The translations under genes were made by a program, and so were the position numbers. A DNA stretch of 46,730 nt, filler included, from Candidatus Latescibacterota bacterium (lineage in GTDB: Bacteria > Latescibacterota > UBA2968 > UBA8231), in NCBI GenBank assembly GCA_965219385.1. It is 2 parts of one record of this genome, joined end to end, with 100 filler letters (N's around TTAATTAATTAA, not from the genome) between each part and the next. Parts side by side here need not be neighbours in the genome. Positions count along the whole stretch, not along the records: positions 29,076 to 46,730 come from CBDCNM010000001.1; 1 more part is not named here. One strand, given 5' to 3'. Below are positions 44,918 to 46,730 of this stretch, piece by piece. How positions within the stretch are numbered: position 1 is the first letter of the stretch; the number at the start of each line of letters is the position of its first letter. Below the pieces are notes generated by a model. It had not been told where the DNA came from and did not search any database. It worked only from the letters and a program-made list of their open reading frames with translations.

Positions 44918-45904
44918 ATGCACGTCGGCACACAGCAATTCAACACCTCGGATGAAGACCTGGAATACCTGGCCAGGCATGGAGTGGCCAATAAGAACGA
45001 GAACTTCATCACCTTCCACCGCGAGTATGGCTGGGATGTCGAGGAACTGGTCGAGAAGAAGGAAAAGTGCGCCCGCTTCGGCGTCGACATGGAAATGGTC
45101 GCGCTTCCCCTTGCCCATTTGAACGTCAACGGGGGTGACATACCCAACTACATGCTCGGCAACCGGGAGGAAGGCGACAAGGAGATCGAACTGGTCTGCA
45201 ACATGGTGCGGCAGGCGGCCGAGGCCGGCATTCCGGCCATCAAGTACTACCTGTGCGCCATTGAAAACCAGCGCACCGAGAGCAAGCCGCCCGGGCGCGG
45301 GGGATCCATCTACAGCACCTGGGACCTGGAAGAGGCCAAAGACCGCGAGCCGCGCTTCGACGAGCCGGTCACGGCCGAGATGAACTGGGAGCGCATCACC
45401 TACTTCCTCGAACGGGTGATCCCGGTGGCCACCGAGTGCAAGGTCAGGATGGCCTGCCACCCCTGTGACCCGTGGCTGCCGTCCGGGTACCGCGGCGTCG
45501 ACCGGGTGCTGGGCGGGGCCGAGGGGTTCAAGCGCTTCATAGAGATTTGCCCCAGTCCCTACCACGGGGTCAACCTGTGCCTGGGCTGCATGGCCGAGAG
45601 CGTCCTGGATCCGGCCAACGAGGTGCCCGAAATCATCCGCTACTTTGGCTCGCGCAAGAAGATTTTCCTCTGTCACTTCCGCAACGTAGTCGGGGGCCGC
45701 AACAAATTTCAGGAAGTGTGGCCCGACGAGGGGACGATGAACATGCACCGCAACATGCAGGCCCTCAAAGAGGTGGGCTACGAGCACATGTGCGTCCCCG
45801 ACCACGCGCCGGGCCACAAGGACCCGGAGAGCGGCCGCCAGGCCTTCGCCTACGAGTTCGGGTATATCAAGGCGATGATCCAGGCGGTGATGGGCGAGGA
45901 TTGA
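44918..45904 (+). CDS. Mannonate dehydratase (UxuA) family protein
   Basis: WERITYFLERVIPVA, ACHPCDP, HFRNV, PDHAP, GYIKAM. Confidence 0.88.
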   Translation: MHVGTQQFNTSDEDLEYLARHGVANKNENFITFHREYGWDVEELVEKKEKCARFGVDMEMVALPLAHLNVNGGDIPNYMLGNREEGDKEIELVCNMVRQAAEAGIPAIKYYLCAIENQRTESKPPGRGGSIYSTWDLEEAKDREPRFDEPVTAEMNWERITYFLERVIPVATECKVRMACHPCDPWLPSGYRGVDRVLGGAEGFKRFIEICPSPYHGVNLCLGCMAESVLDPANEVPEIIRYFGSRKKIFLCHFRNVVGGRNKFQEVWPDEGTMNMHRNMQALKEVGYEHMCVPDHAPGHKDPESGRQAFAYEFGYIKAMIQAVMGED

Positions 45905-45918
45905 GCGGTAAGTGGGTA

Positions 45919-45970
45919 AAAAAGCACCACCAGATCGGCGCGTAAAAGCCGGATGCTGGTGGTGCTTTTT
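45919..45970. terminator. Bidirectional terminator between convergent genes
   Basis: AAAAAGCACCACCAG..CTGGTGGTGCTTTTT. Confidence 0.85.
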
Positions 45971-45999
45971 GCAGGTTCGACAAACAGAACCGCTGCCGC

Positions 46000-46730
46000 T
46001 TACCCTCCCGCGGCTTGCAGCAGGGTCCGCTTGGCAAAAACCTGGGCCAGGTGGCGGCGGTAGTCCTCGCCGGCAAAGGCGTCGCTGAGGAGTTCCGCCC
46101 CCTCGGCCGCCCGGGCCGCCGCCGCCGCGATGGAGGCCTCGTCGGCCGGCTTGCCCTTCAACTCGTCTTCCACCCCTGCGTCCCGGAAGGCGGCATTGGC
46201 GATCCCGGTAAACCCCACCCTTACATCCTGGCAGGTATCCCCGTCTTTGCTCACCACCGCGGCGCAGCCCACCACGGCAAAGCGCGAGGCCGGGTGCGGA
46301 AACTTGAGGTAACAAGAGCCGGTGTTGGCCGCCTGTGCCGGCACCCGTATCTCGGTGATGATCTCGTTGGGCTGCAGGCTGGTCAGGTAGAGATCGACGA
46401 AGTAATCGGCCGCGGCAATGGTGCGCTCGCCGTCGGGGCCCCTGGCGCAGATCTGGGCCTCACTCGCCAGGATGGCGGCCGGGTAGTCGGCCGCCGGGTC
46501 GGCGTGCGCCAGGCTGCCGCCGATGGTGCCCATGTTGCGCACCTGGAGATCGCCGATGACGGAAGCGGACTGGGCCAGAAGCGGGGCCTTGTCTTTGATC
46601 AGGTCCGAGGACTCGATCGCGTGGTGGGTGGTGGCCGCGCCGATCGCCAGGCCGCCGCCTTCTTCTTTGATGTACTTCAGGTCGTCCAGCCGGCCGATGT
46701 CGATCAGGTTGGCGGGGGTGGCCAGGCGCA
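46000..46730 (-). CDS. Xanthine/CO dehydrogenase family FAD-binding (CoxM-like) subunit, 5' end beyond window
   Basis: IGDLQVRNMGTIGGSLAHADPAADYPA, YLKF..SRFAVVG, DYRRHLA. Confidence 0.92.
   Translation of the reverse strand, partial: RLATPANLIDIGRLDDLKYIKEEGGGLAIGAATTHHAIESSDLIKDKAPLLAQSASVIGDLQVRNMGTIGGSLAHADPAADYPAAILASEAQICARGPDGERTIAAADYFVDLYLTSLQPNEIITEIRVPAQAANTGSCYLKFPHPASRFAVVGCAAVVSKDGDTCQDVRVGFTGIANAAFRDAGVEDELKGKPADEASIAAAAARAAEGAELLSDAFAGEDYRRHLAQVFAKRTLLQAAGG

Noticed and set aside
46000..46730. Calling the last gene a true CO dehydrogenase subunit
   Set aside because: Medium subunits are shared across molybdenum hydroxylases; the diagnostic large subunit is outside the window.

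Overview
High-GC bacterial draft sequence made of two contigs joined by an artificial N/TTAATTAATTAA/N spacer at 28976-29075, so adjacency across that point is meaningless. Most intact genes are catabolic or redox enzymes: two enolase-superfamily dehydratases, two TIM-barrel epimerases, an HpcH aldolase, an SDR, two aldo/keto reductases, a GMC and a Gfo/Idh/MocA oxidoreductase, a UxuA-like dehydratase, GGT, Sat, an adenosine-deaminase-like and an aspartate-dehydrogenase-like protein, and a CoxM-like subunit. There are also ettA, a sigma-70 factor, and PD40-repeat and LRR lipoproteins. An accessory zone (about 10.3-21.8 kb) holds TA modules, an IS701-like element, two copies of a 140-bp MITE and IS remnants. 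About a dozen frameshifted genes or short gene scraps suggest ongoing deletional erosion. The most notable unannotated signals are non-coding: (1) two diverged copies of a sigma-54 promoter + IHF-like site + palindromic enhancer module, one driving a tiny peptide gene and one a PD40 protein/histidine kinase pair; (2) a dense DnaA-box cluster with no dnaA nearby; (3) next to it, a small promoter-to-terminator unit holding two strong Shine-Dalgarno sites that precede 2- and 5-codon minigenes. All family calls come from motif recognition by eye; no database search was run.
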